A stretch of 64,000 nucleotides of DNA, from the NCBI GenBank assembly GCA_052143575.1, contig JBKQSP010000051.1, forward strand, positions 6,308 through 70,307. The letters run 5' to 3'. The translations under genes and the position numbers were made by a program. Of the stretch, positions 43,303 to 52,999 are shown piece after piece. The notes beneath the pieces were generated by a model. The model saw only the letters and a list, made by a program, of their open reading frames with translations, did no database searches and was not told the DNA's origin. This DNA is from Acidimicrobiales bacterium (GTDB lineage Bacteria > Actinomycetota > Acidimicrobiia > Acidimicrobiales > Bog-793). How positions within the stretch are numbered: position 1 is the first letter of the stretch; each line of letters starts with the position of its first letter.

Positions 43303-44017
43303 CCCAATCGGAGCGCCGCCCCGGCCGGGAGGATGGCAGACCGCCACCGTCGTCGGAGTCACCGTCGAGACGGCCCACGCCAAGTCCTTCCGGCTCGCCC
43401 TCCCGGCGCCCTCTCACCACCTCGCCGGGCAGCACTACATCGTCCGTCTCACCGCCCCGGACGGCTACACGGCTTCGCGGTCCTACTCGGTGGCGAGCGC
43501 TCCTGACGGAAGCGCCGAAATAGAGGTCACCGTGGAGCGTCTCGAGGACGGCGAAGTGTCCAGCTTCCTCCACGACGTCGTCCGCCCCGGCGACAACTTG
43601 GAGGTGCGGGGACCGATCGGTGGCTGGTTCGTGTGGCGAGGCGAGACGCCGGCGCTGCTCGTCGGGGGCGGTTCCGGGGTCGTTCCCCTCATGTCCATGC
43701 TGCGACTCGCTCGGCGGAGTGGGCGGTCCGACCTCCTCCGGCTCGTCGTGTCCGTCCGAAGCCCGGCGGATCTCTACTACGCCGATGAGCTTGCGGGTCC
43801 GGAGACCACCGTCCTCTACACGCGGACAGCGCCGCCGTCCTGGCTGCGGCCACCGGGCCGCATCAACGTCGGCGATCTCACCGGTCTCGTGCCGCCCGGC
43901 ACAGACGTCTATGTGTGCGGATCGCCAGGCTTCGCTGACGCCGCCACGGACCTGCTCACCGGCGCCGGCATGCCAGCCTCCCGCATCCGTGTCGAGCGCT
44001 TCGGCCCCACGCAATGA
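43295..44017 (+). CDS. ferredoxin-NADP reductase-like FAD/NAD(P)-binding oxidoreductase
   Basis: FAD motif RSYSVAS and NAD motif LLVGGGSGVVPLMSM. 8-nt overlap with the Moco gene. Confidence 0.72.
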   Translation: MTDPIGAPPRPGGWQTATVVGVTVETAHAKSFRLALPAPSHHLAGQHYIVRLTAPDGYTASRSYSVASAPDGSAEIEVTVERLEDGEVSSFLHDVVRPGDNLEVRGPIGGWFVWRGETPALLVGGGSGVVPLMSMLRLARRSGRSDLLRLVVSVRSPADLYYADELAGPETTVLYTRTAPPSWLRPPGRINVGDLTGLVPPGTDVYVCGSPGFADAATDLLTGAGMPASRIRVERFGPTQ

Positions 44018-44020
44018 AGT

Positions 44021-46504
44021 GTGCCGCAGCCGACGATGCCGGCGAGGGGCGAGGAGAGCGCTAGGTTCCGCCAGATGCCAGGCTCGTTGTTGGGCAACAG
44101 CGTTCGCCGCCTCGAGGATCCCGACCTCCTGCTCGGGCTCGGCACCTTCGTGGGCAACTTCAAGCTGCCGGGTCTCACGCACGCCGTCTTCGTGCGCTCG
44201 CCCTTCGCCCACGCCACCATCTCCTCCATCGAGGCCGAGGAGGCCCGGCGTGCTCCTGGCGTCCTTGCGGTGTACACGGCTGAGGATCTCGGCATCACAC
44301 CCTTCCACGGCTTCATGGTGCTGAACGCCGCCTGTGCCCGGCCGCCGCTCGCCCACGGCACGGTGAGGTTCGTCGGCGACCCCGTCGCCATGGTCGTCGC
44401 CGAGACCGAGGCGGCAGCCGTCGACGCCGCCGAGCTCGTCGTGGTGGACTACGAGCCGCTGGAGGCCGCCGTCGACCCGGAGGCCGCCCTTGCCGAGGGC
44501 GCACCCCTGCAGTTCCCCGAGCTCGGCACGAACCTCGTCGCCGGCATGGCCGATCCGCCCGAGCCGGATCCGCTTGCTGGGGCGGCAACCGTGGTGCGCG
44601 CCCAACTGCAGAACCAGCGCCTCGCCGTCGTCCCGATGGAGGGAGACGCCATTGCCGTCGTGCCCGGCGACGACGGCGATGGCCACGATCTCACGGTCTA
44701 CGTCTCGACGCAGATGCCGCACGGGTTCGCCTCCGCCGTCGCCCGCCACCTCGGTGTCGACCTGGCACGGCTGCGGGTGGTGGCTCCACATGTGGGTGGG
44801 GCCTTCGGCTCGAAGGCCGGGCTCGGAGCCGAGCATGCGGCCGTCATCGTCGGTGCGCAGCGGCTCGGACGGCCCGTCGCCTGGGTGCAGACCCGCTCCG
44901 AGAACCTCGTCGCCACACCGCACGGGCGGGGCCAGACGCAGTGGGTCGAGATGGGCTTCGACGCCGACGGTCGCGTCACGGGCATGCACTGCCGGGTACT
45001 TGCCGATGCGGGCGCCTATGCCGGTTTCGGGGGAGCCCTTGCCCTCGGGCCCACCCGGATGATGGCGCAGGGCGTCTACGCCATCCCGGCCATCCGCTTC
45101 GACGTGGCCGTTGCCGTCACGAACACGACGCCGATGGGCGCCTTCCGCGGAGCGGGCCGGCCGGAAGCGGCCGAGTTCCTCGAGCGGATGATGGACATCG
45201 CCGCCGGCGAGCTCGGGCTCGATCCGGTCGAGCTGCGCCGGCGCAACCTCCTGCCCGCCTTCAGCGAGTCCTACACGACCGTGATGGGGACCACCTACGA
45301 CGTCGGTGACTACGTGAAGCCGCTCGACGAGGCGATCCGCCTCGCCGGCTACAAGCAGCTGCGCGCCGAGCAGGCAGCGCGGCGTGCCTCCGGCGACCGC
45401 TGGCAGCTCGGCATCGGGGTCGGCGTCTACGTCGAGGTGACCGCCGGTGGCGGAGGCGAGTTCGGCGCCGTCGAGGTGCATCGCGACGGCACGGCCTCCA
45501 TCAGCGTGGGCACGTCGGCGCACGGGCAGGGCCATGCCACGTCGTTCGCCATGATCGTGTCGGACACCCTCGGCATCGCCCTCGAGGACATCCGTTTCGT
45601 GCAGTCCGATACCGCCACGGTGCCGAGAGGTGGAGGGACCGGAGGGTCGAGATCGCTGCAGCTCGCCGGCAGCGCCGTGCTCGGGGCCGCCGAGCAGGTG
45701 CTCGACCAGGCCCGCGAGCTCGTCGCCGCCGAGCTGGAGGCGAGCGCCCACGACATCGTCGTGCACGACGGTGGCCGTCTCGGTGTCGCCGGAGTGCCCG
45801 CGAGCGCCCTGTCGTGGGAGGCCATCGCCGCCCTGGCCGGGAGCGCTCCGACGGAGGCCGAGGGCGCCGGAGATGACAGCGCCGCAGGCTCATTGTCTGC
45901 CGAGCTCGACTTCGAGCAGGCGGGGTCGACGTTCCCCTTCGGGGCACACGTGTCGGTCGTCGAGGTCGACACCGAGACGGGGCAGGTGCGCCCACTGCGG
46001 CACATCGCCGTCGACGACTGTGGACGGATCGTGAACCCGCTGCTCGTCACCGGTCAGCAGCATGGGGGTATCGCGCAGGGGATGTCGCAAGCCCTCTGGG
46101 AGGAGATCCGCTTCGACGACGTCGGCAACCCGCTCACTGTCACCTTCGCCGACTACTCGATCCCGAGCGCGGCGGAGTTCCCGTCGTTCGAGACGGCGAA
46201 CACGGAGACGCCGACGTTTCGCAACCCGCTCGGCGCCAAAGGGATCGGTGAGTCGGGCACGATCGGATCGACGCCGTCGGTGCACAATGCCGTCATCGAC
46301 GCCGTCTCGCATCTCGGCGTGCGCCACATCCCGATGCCCTGCACGCCCGAGCGGGTGTGGCGGGCCATCAGGGCGGCAGCCGCCGGAGGACCCGGCGCTA
46401 CGGCCGGCGGCCAGCCGCTCTGGCGCCAACCCCCGGCCTTCTTCGACCGGTTGCCTGTGGGCGGCGAGGGTGAGCGCCCGGAAGCGGCCGACGCCGAGAT
46501 CTAG
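44021..46504 (+). CDS. xanthine dehydrogenase/CoxL-family molybdopterin-binding large subunit
   Basis: VRRLEDPDLLLGLGTF…FVRSPFAHA… and GAFRGAGRPEA motifs. An alternative start is ATG 44075. No CoxS/CoxM-type genes are adjacent. Confidence 0.82.
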   Translation: MPQPTMPARGEESARFRQMPGSLLGNSVRRLEDPDLLLGLGTFVGNFKLPGLTHAVFVRSPFAHATISSIEAEEARRAPGVLAVYTAEDLGITPFHGFMVLNAACARPPLAHGTVRFVGDPVAMVVAETEAAAVDAAELVVVDYEPLEAAVDPEAALAEGAPLQFPELGTNLVAGMADPPEPDPLAGAATVVRAQLQNQRLAVVPMEGDAIAVVPGDDGDGHDLTVYVSTQMPHGFASAVARHLGVDLARLRVVAPHVGGAFGSKAGLGAEHAAVIVGAQRLGRPVAWVQTRSENLVATPHGRGQTQWVEMGFDADGRVTGMHCRVLADAGAYAGFGGALALGPTRMMAQGVYAIPAIRFDVAVAVTNTTPMGAFRGAGRPEAAEFLERMMDIAAGELGLDPVELRRRNLLPAFSESYTTVMGTTYDVGDYVKPLDEAIRLAGYKQLRAEQAARRASGDRWQLGIGVGVYVEVTAGGGGEFGAVEVHRDGTASISVGTSAHGQGHATSFAMIVSDTLGIALEDIRFVQSDTATVPRGGGTGGSRSLQLAGSAVLGAAEQVLDQARELVAAELEASAHDIVVHDGGRLGVAGVPASALSWEAIAALAGSAPTEAEGAGDDSAAGSLSAELDFEQAGSTFPFGAHVSVVEVDTETGQVRPLRHIAVDDCGRIVNPLLVTGQQHGGIAQGMSQALWEEIRFDDVGNPLTVTFADYSIPSAAEFPSFETANTETPTFRNPLGAKGIGESGTIGSTPSVHNAVIDAVSHLGVRHIPMPCTPERVWRAIRAAAAGGPGATAGGQPLWRQPPAFFDRLPVGGEGERPEAADAEI

Positions 46505-46653
46505 CGCCGCCATCGCCGCCTCCCGTTCTCGAACGGGGTGCTCTCCGGCTCAGGCTGGGACATCGGGACGACATCTCACGAGGTGGGTCGGCAGCGATCC
46601 CCTGCCCGAGTAGCCCCGCACGCTCGAGGGCTGCCGACTGCGATACTCCTCAA

Positions 46654-47148
46654 GTGGCCGGCACGCTTCGACAGATCGAGCAAGTGGAGTTCCGAGTCGA
46701 CGAGCTCACGCGCATCGTCGCCTCGATGGGTCGGCTCGCCACCGCCGGCGACGGATGGATCAACCTGATACCGAGCATCAGCGACAACGACAAGCGGTCG
46801 ACCGCGCTCGGGTTCTTCGCCTTGTTCGGTGGCGGAGGCATCGGTGTCACGATGGCCACCTGGATCCCCGGGAGCCACCATCCCCGTGGAGACATCGAGC
46901 CCAGCCTCGGCATCTCGCACGTCACCGGCCGTCGTGCCCTTGGCGAGCTGCAATCGCGCGGTGTCGCCGTTCCGGAGAGCTGGCGCCTCGAGCAGGACCA
47001 CCCCCGTCGCGGGCTAATCCTGCGTGTCCCGGCGGACGAACCCCATGAGCAGGTGTTGGTATGGGCGCTGGGCGCCGTCGGCGTGCTCAGCGCTCCCCGC
47101 CCCATCGAGGGCTGGCGGGCCGACATCTACCTCCCGGCGACGCCGTGA
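46654..47148 (+). CDS. hypothetical protein (164 aa)
   Basis: High third-position GC and plausible composition. No motif recognised; weak RBS and uncertain start. Confidence 0.4.
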   Translation: MAGTLRQIEQVEFRVDELTRIVASMGRLATAGDGWINLIPSISDNDKRSTALGFFALFGGGGIGVTMATWIPGSHHPRGDIEPSLGISHVTGRRALGELQSRGVAVPESWRLEQDHPRRGLILRVPADEPHEQVLVWALGAVGVLSAPRPIEGWRADIYLPATP

Positions 47149-47179
47149 GAGCGGCGCCGCCCGACGCTTGGGGCGGGCG

Positions 47180-49009
47180 CTACGAGTCGTAGAAGATGTC
47201 GCCGCTGTTGCCGACCACGGCACAGAAATTCGACGCCGGGCAGGCGACCGAGATGAGGCCGCTCTCGCTCGGGCCGATGCGATGCGGGCTCGACCAGGAG
47301 TGGCCGTTGTAGGACAGGACGTTGTCCGTGTAGTCGACCGTGACGCAGAACCGGTGACTGTGGCAGGCCACCGAGACGAGGTCGTTGCTGTGGTGGTCGA
47401 TGTAGTGCGGGCTCGACCAGGTGTGGCCGTTGAAGGTGAGGGCGTCGCCGGCGCCGTCGACGACGGCGCAGAAGCTCGAGCTCGAACACGAGATCGAAAG
47501 AGGGTCGCCGACGCTGTCGACACCGTGCGGCACCGACCACGAGTGACCGTTGTAGGTGACCACGTTGCCCTTGGTGTCAACGATGGCGCAGAAGCTGTCG
47601 CTCGCGCAGGAGACAGCGGAGAGGTCCCTCCCGTGGTCGATGCGGTGCGGGCTCGACCAGGTGTGTCCGTTGAAGGTGATGAGCCGCCCGGACCGGTCGA
47701 CGGCGGTGCAGAAGTGCGAGGTCGGGCACGAGACGGAATCGAGGTCGTGGCGGCTGTCGATCGGCCGCGGGCTCGACCAGGTGTGTCCGTTGAACGTCAG
47801 GACGTTGCCCAGGTTGTCCAAGGCGGCGCAGAAGCTCGTCCTCGGGCAGGAGATGGCGACGAAGCCGTCACCGCTCGAGTCGACGTTCCTCGTGACGTGC
47901 CAGGCGTGCCCGTTGTACTTGAGGGCGTCCCCGTAGCTGTCGACGACTTCGCAGGAGTGGCTGCTCGAGCAGGAGAGGGCGATGGGATACCCCTCGCTGG
48001 GGTCGAAGTAGTCGAGGGCTGACCACCGGTGGCCGTTGTAGGTGACGGCGTTGCCGAACTGGTTCACGGCGGCACAGAAGCTCGACGTGGCGCACGAAAC
48101 GGCGTTGAGGCCGTCGGGATCGGTGGGGCGCGGCGCCGACCAGACACCGCTGTTGTCGGTGAGGACGTTGCCGCTGTAGTCCGTCGCCTTGCAGAGGACG
48201 GCCGAGAGACAGGAGATGGAACTGATGCCGAAGCCCCTCCCGTCGACGTGATGGGGGGCCGACCACGTCGTGCCGTTGAACGTGACGACGTTGCCGGCAT
48301 AGTCGCCAGCGGCACAGAAGGTCACGAGCCCGTCGCTCGCCGTGCATGACAGCGCCGTGAGGCCGTCGGCGTCTACGAGCTGAGGGGACGACCACGTGCC
48401 GTCGTAGGTGAGGACGTTGCCGGCGTAATCGACCGCAACGCACCGGTAGATGCTCGGGCACGAGACGGCGGCGAAACCGTCCCCGTGCGGGTCGACGTCG
48501 ACCGGAGTCGTCGACGTCCACGACCCGAAGTACATGACGGCGTTGCCCAGCCCGTCGACCGTGGCGCAGAACTCCGCCGACTGGCAGGAGACGGCGCCGA
48601 AGTTACCGCCCGGGTCGATGTGGGAAGGGGGGGACCACGAGCCGGCGCTGTACGTGAGCTCCTGGCCGAAGCGATCGACGGCGACGCAGAAGCTCGCCGT
48701 CGGGCAGGAGATATCGGCGATACCGCCGCCGGCGGCGTCGATGGCGTGGGGCGCCGTCCACACATGGCCGTTGTAGGTGAGCACGTTGCCGGCGAGGTCG
48801 ACGGCGGCACAGAAGGTCGTCGTCGGGCACGACACCGAGAGCGGGTTGCCCGCCGGCGTGTCGATCTTCGTCCCCGATGTCCAAGCGGCGGCGAGGCGGG
48901 GGACTGACGAGGCCGCAGCGGGAGACGGAACGGCCGCCAGCGCCGGAGCGGCCACTGCGACGATGAGCCCGCATGAGCCGAGAAGCCGACCGAGAACTGA
49001 TCGCAACAT
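47180..49009 (-). CDS. secreted protein composed of 14 tandem ~40-aa Cys-pair repeats (unassigned repeat family)
   Basis: ATG 49009 (AAGGGGAG SD) gives signal peptide MLRSVLGRLLGSCGLIVAVAAPALA. The alternative GTG 49051 has no SD. The body is repeats of the form [VIL]SCxxxxFCxAVDxxGNVLTYNGxxWSxPxxID. Confidence 0.75.
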   Translation of the reverse strand: MLRSVLGRLLGSCGLIVAVAAPALAAVPSPAAASSVPRLAAAWTSGTKIDTPAGNPLSVSCPTTTFCAAVDLAGNVLTYNGHVWTAPHAIDAAGGGIADISCPTASFCVAVDRFGQELTYSAGSWSPPSHIDPGGNFGAVSCQSAEFCATVDGLGNAVMYFGSWTSTTPVDVDPHGDGFAAVSCPSIYRCVAVDYAGNVLTYDGTWSSPQLVDADGLTALSCTASDGLVTFCAAGDYAGNVVTFNGTTWSAPHHVDGRGFGISSISCLSAVLCKATDYSGNVLTDNSGVWSAPRPTDPDGLNAVSCATSSFCAAVNQFGNAVTYNGHRWSALDYFDPSEGYPIALSCSSSHSCEVVDSYGDALKYNGHAWHVTRNVDSSGDGFVAISCPRTSFCAALDNLGNVLTFNGHTWSSPRPIDSRHDLDSVSCPTSHFCTAVDRSGRLITFNGHTWSSPHRIDHGRDLSAVSCASDSFCAIVDTKGNVVTYNGHSWSVPHGVDSVGDPLSISCSSSSFCAVVDGAGDALTFNGHTWSSPHYIDHHSNDLVSVACHSHRFCVTVDYTDNVLSYNGHSWSSPHRIGPSESGLISVACPASNFCAVVGNSGDIFYDS

Positions 49010-49141
49010 GCTCCCCTTGCTGTCTCGAGATCCTCGAAGCGCCCGCCGCACGAGTGCAGGCAGCCTACTTCGGGCTGCTCACCACTGTGGGCGAGAAAGG
49101 CTGGCAGCGGGCGTAGCGTCGCTGCCGGCCCCGCTGCCGCC

Positions 49142-49702
49142 TCAGAGCTCGAGCACGAAGGCGATGAGCCGCAAGTCCTTCTCGCCGTCGGGAAGGCGTG
49201 CCACGAACACATCGAGATCGGGAGTCGGCACGAAACCCATCCGCTCGTACATCGCCCGCGCCCTCACCATGACTTCGGTGGAGTGCAGGATGATCCTGGC
49301 CCGGCCGTCAGCGCGCGCCCGGTCGATGCAGGCTTGCGTGAGGGCCCGGCCGACGCCCCTGCTCTGGTGATCCGGTCGCACGGCCAGCATGCGGATCCCG
49401 GCCGCCTCCGGGTCGTCGAACTCGGTCATGGCGCGGTCGGAATCGGGCACGTAGGTGACGCCGCCGAGCAGCTCGCCCTCCTCGTCGACGGCCACGAGGA
49501 CGACGCTGTCGGCCGCCCGCTCGGCCACGGCGAGCAGTTGGTCCTCGTAGCTGCCGTAGTGGTCGCCACGCCAGAGGTCCCGGTAGGCGTCCACGGTGAT
49601 CTGCCCGATCGCCGAGTACTCATCTGGCCGCGCCGGGCGGATCTGTATCGCAGGCCCCGGCGCGCCGACGGCGCCGTCAGGCCGTGCGGGGCTCGACGGC
49701 AT
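49142..49702 (-). CDS. GNAT family N-acetyltransferase
   Basis: Acetyl-CoA motif RMLAVRPDHQSRGVGRALTQ. The only canonical in-frame start upstream of the domain is ATG 49702, giving a 26-nt overlap with the aceE end. Confidence 0.7.
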   Translation of the reverse strand: MPSSPARPDGAVGAPGPAIQIRPARPDEYSAIGQITVDAYRDLWRGDHYGSYEDQLLAVAERAADSVVLVAVDEEGELLGGVTYVPDSDRAMTEFDDPEAAGIRMLAVRPDHQSRGVGRALTQACIDRARADGRARIILHSTEVMVRARAMYERMGFVPTPDLDVFVARLPDGEKDLRLIAFVLEL

Positions 49703-52394
49703 CCGGGTCGATGCCGTAGCGCTCGATTGCCTCGGCGACCGTGCTCTCTTTGACGTCGCCGTTTCCCGCCAGCGAGGCCAGCACGGCCACCACGAGGTGA
49801 GCGGCGTCGATCTCGAAGTGGCGGCGAAGGGCCGGTCGCGTGTCCGAGCGACCAAAGCCATCGGTGCCGAGCGGCACGAAGCTTCCCGGTAGGAAGCGTG
49901 AGATCTGATCGGGCACCGACTTCAGGTAGTCGGTGACGGCCACGATCGGGCCGCGGGCGTCGGCGAGCGCCCGCGAGACGTACGCCTCTCGGGGCGTCGA
50001 GCCCGGGTGCAGCCGGTTCCAACGCTCGATGTCGAGGGCGTCCTCGCGCAGCGCCTTGTAGCTCGTGACGGACCAGCATTCGGCGCCCACGCCCCACTCG
50101 TTCGCCAACAGCTCGCGCGCCTCGAGAGCGGCCTGCCACATCGGGCCGGAGAACAGGATCGTCGCCGGCCGGAGGGCCGCATCGGGCGAGGCGACGTAGC
50201 GGTAGCAACCGCGCAGCACGCCGTAGCGGATGCTGTCGCGCTCGCCGGCGTCGTCCGGCAGGGCGGGCATCGGGTAGTTCTCGTTGTAGAGCGTCACGTA
50301 GTAGAGGAGGTCCTCGGCGTCCGGGCCGTACATGGTCTGGATGCCGTCGGCGACGATGAAGGCGAGCTCGTAGGCGAACGCCGGGTCGTAGGAACGGACG
50401 CAGGGCACGACGGAGGCGAGCAGCGGTGAGTGCCCGTCCTCGTGCTGCAGGCCCTCGCCGTTCATCGTCGTCCGCCCAGCGGTGCACCCGAAGAGGAAAC
50501 CCCTCGCCCGGGCGTCAGCAGCCTGCCAAATGAGGTCACCCACACGCTGGAACCCGAACATCGAATAGAACAGGTACATCGGCAGCATCGGCCTCGACCA
50601 GGTGGCATAGGCGGTCCCGGCCGCCTGGAAGCTGCCCATGCCGCCCGCCTCCGTGATGCCCTCCTGCAGGATCTGCCCGGTGCGGTCCTCGGCGTAGGTG
50701 AGAAGGAGGCCGGCGTCGACCGAGGTGTAGTGCTGGCCCTCGGAGGCGTAGATTTTCGCCTCGGCGAAGAGGGCGTCGAGGCCGAACGTGCGGCCCTCGT
50801 CCGGAATGATCGGCACGACGTAGCGACCGATCGACGGGTCACGCAGGAGGCTTCGCAGCATGCGGGCGAAGGCCATCGTCGTCGAGACCGCCTGGCCCTT
50901 GGAGCCGACCCAGAACTCGTCCCACAGGCTGGTGGCCGGGTTGGGCAGGCCGAGGCGCCCGGCACCCCGCACGAGGCGTGTCGGCAGGGAGCCGCCTTGG
51001 GCCTGCAAGCGCGCCTGCAGATACTCCTGCTCGGGCGAGCCGGCCGGCGGGCGGTAGTACGGCGGGTGCTCGGCGTCGAGGGCGGAGTCGGGTATCTCCT
51101 CGCTCAGATAGAGGCGGTCGCGCAGCAGGCGCAGCTGCTCACGAGTCATCTTCTTGATCTGATGGGTGGCGTTTCGCGCCTCGATCTCGGGACCGAGCGT
51201 CCAACCCTTCACGGTCTTGGCGAGGATGACGGTGGGCGCCCCCGTCTGCTCTGTCGCCATCTTGTAAGCGGCGTACAGCTTTTGGTAGTCGTGCCCACCC
51301 CGCGGCAGCGCCTGCAACTCGGCGTCGGAGAGGTGCTCCACCATCTTGCGCAGGCGGGGGTCGGGACCGAAGAAGTGCTCCCTGATGTAGGCGCCTTCGG
51401 CGGTCGAGTAGGTCTGGAAGTCACCGTCGAGCGTGGTGTTCATCTTGTTGACGAGGACGCCGTCGACGTCGCGGGCGAGCAGCTCGTCCCACTTGCGCCC
51501 CCAGATGACCTTGATGACGTTCCAGCCGCAACCGCGGTAGAGCGCTTCCAGCTCCTGGATGATCTTGCCGTTGCCGCGCACGGGGCCGTCGAGGCGCTGC
51601 AGGTTGCAGTTGACCACGAAGACGAGGTTGTCGAGCTTCTCGCGGGCGGCGAGGCGGAGGGCGCCCTGGCTCTCGGGCTCGTCCATCTCGCCATCGCCGA
51701 CGAAGCACCAGACGCGGGAGGCCGACGTGTCGACGATCTCGCGGTGCAGCAGGTAGCGGTTGAAGCGCGCCTGGTAGACGGCGGCGAGCGGGCCGAGGCC
51801 CATCGAGACCGTGGGGAACTCCCAGAAGTCCGGCATGAGGCGAGGATGCGGGTAGCTGGAAAGGCCGTGGCCGCTGGTCTCGAAGCGGAAGTTGTCGAGC
51901 AGCGCCTCGTCGAGGCGCCCCTCGACGAAGGCCCTCGCGTAGATGCCGGGCGAGCCGTGACCTTGAAAGAAGACCTGGTCGCCGGCGAGGCCGTTGGCCT
52001 TGCCGTGGAAGAAGTGGTTGAAGCCGACCTCGTAGAGGGCGGCAGAGCCGGCGTAGGTGGAGAGGTGGCCGCCGATGCCGGGATCCTTCGAGTTCGCTCT
52101 CGTCACCATGACGGCGGCGTTCCAGCGGATGTAGGCGCGGATACGACGTTCCAGGTGCTCGTCGCCCGGGAACCACGGCTCACGAGCGGCCGGGATGGTG
52201 TTGACGTAGGGCGTCGACACCGTCGCCGGGAAACCGATCTGGTCGGCGCGGGCCCGTTCGAGAAGCTTCATGAGCAGGAAGCGGGCCCGATCGCGACCAC
52301 TCTGCTCGACGATGGAATCGAAGGAGTCGAGCCACTCGGTGGTTTCCTCCGGGTCGATGTCCGGAACCTGGTGCGAGAAGCCGTCGAAGATCAC
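49677..52394 (-). CDS. aceE: pyruvate dehydrogenase E1 component, homodimeric type
   Basis: 905 aa containing PEETTEWLDSFDSIV…ARFLL…GGHLSTYAGSA…, typical AceE. Confidence 0.95.
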   Translation of the reverse strand: MIFDGFSHQVPDIDPEETTEWLDSFDSIVEQSGRDRARFLLMKLLERARADQIGFPATVSTPYVNTIPAAREPWFPGDEHLERRIRAYIRWNAAVMVTRANSKDPGIGGHLSTYAGSAALYEVGFNHFFHGKANGLAGDQVFFQGHGSPGIYARAFVEGRLDEALLDNFRFETSGHGLSSYPHPRLMPDFWEFPTVSMGLGPLAAVYQARFNRYLLHREIVDTSASRVWCFVGDGEMDEPESQGALRLAAREKLDNLVFVVNCNLQRLDGPVRGNGKIIQELEALYRGCGWNVIKVIWGRKWDELLARDVDGVLVNKMNTTLDGDFQTYSTAEGAYIREHFFGPDPRLRKMVEHLSDAELQALPRGGHDYQKLYAAYKMATEQTGAPTVILAKTVKGWTLGPEIEARNATHQIKKMTREQLRLLRDRLYLSEEIPDSALDAEHPPYYRPPAGSPEQEYLQARLQAQGGSLPTRLVRGAGRLGLPNPATSLWDEFWVGSKGQAVSTTMAFARMLRSLLRDPSIGRYVVPIIPDEGRTFGLDALFAEAKIYASEGQHYTSVDAGLLLTYAEDRTGQILQEGITEAGGMGSFQAAGTAYATWSRPMLPMYLFYSMFGFQRVGDLIWQAADARARGFLFGCTAGRTTMNGEGLQHEDGHSPLLASVVPCVRSYDPAFAYELAFIVADGIQTMYGPDAEDLLYYVTLYNENYPMPALPDDAGERDSIRYGVLRGCYRYVASPDAALRPATILFSGPMWQAALEARELLANEWGVGAECWSVTSYKALREDALDIERWNRLHPGSTPREAYVSRALADARGPIVAVTDYLKSVPDQISRFLPGSFVPLGTDGFGRSDTRPALRRHFEIDAAHLVVAVLASLAGNGDVKESTVAEAIERYGIDPDAVEPRTA

Positions 52395-52414
52395 CGTGTG
52401 ATTCTCGCGCCGTC

Positions 52415-52930
52415 ATGGCTGCCGTCCGGTCACAGGTGAGGGCGGGGCTGGTCGCTATGGTCGCGGCCGTGCCGCAGCCCGCTCGATCCGTCGTCGTCTA
52501 CACCGACGGCGCCTGCATCCGGAACCCCGGTCCGGGCGGCTGGGCCTGGGCCGTCTCGGAGGACCGCTACGCCAGCGGCTGCGAGGTGGCCACGACCAAC
52601 CAGCGCATGGAGCTGCGGGCCGTCATCGAGGCCCTCGCCGCCTTCCCCTCCGGCGAGGTGAAGGTCGTCAGTGACTCGACCTACGTCGTCAACTGTTTCC
52701 GGCAGCGCTGGTGGGCGGGCTGGCGGGCGAGAGGCTGGCGCAACTCCAAGGGCGAGCCGGTGGCGAATCAGGACCTCTGGCGCCCCCTCGTGGCCCTCGT
52801 CATCGACGAGCGGCCCGGCTCGATCCAGCTCGAGTGGGTGAAGGGCCACGGGACGAACCTCGGCAACATCCTCGCCGATCGTTTGGCGACCGAGGCTGCC
52901 CGGCTGCAGCGGCCGGCCGTCGCCGGCTGA
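52415..52930 (+). CDS. rnhA: ribonuclease HI
   Basis: VVYTDGACIRNPGPGGWA…NQRMELRAVIEAL…SDSTYV…WVKGHGTNLGNILADRLA. The start could be ATG 52457. Confidence 0.85.
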   Translation: MAAVRSQVRAGLVAMVAAVPQPARSVVVYTDGACIRNPGPGGWAWAVSEDRYASGCEVATTNQRMELRAVIEALAAFPSGEVKVVSDSTYVVNCFRQRWWAGWRARGWRNSKGEPVANQDLWRPLVALVIDERPGSIQLEWVKGHGTNLGNILADRLATEAARLQRPAVAG

Positions 52931-52999
52931 GGGTGGGTGAGGAGCAACCGATCGGCGGCGGATTGGGACCAGAGGCCCACCGTCTCGTAGGTTGTTGAC

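Noticed and set aside
42836-45766. 976-aa minus-strand ORF
   Set aside because: It is antisense to the Moco/FNR/CoxL genes, which all carry clear family motifs on the + strand.
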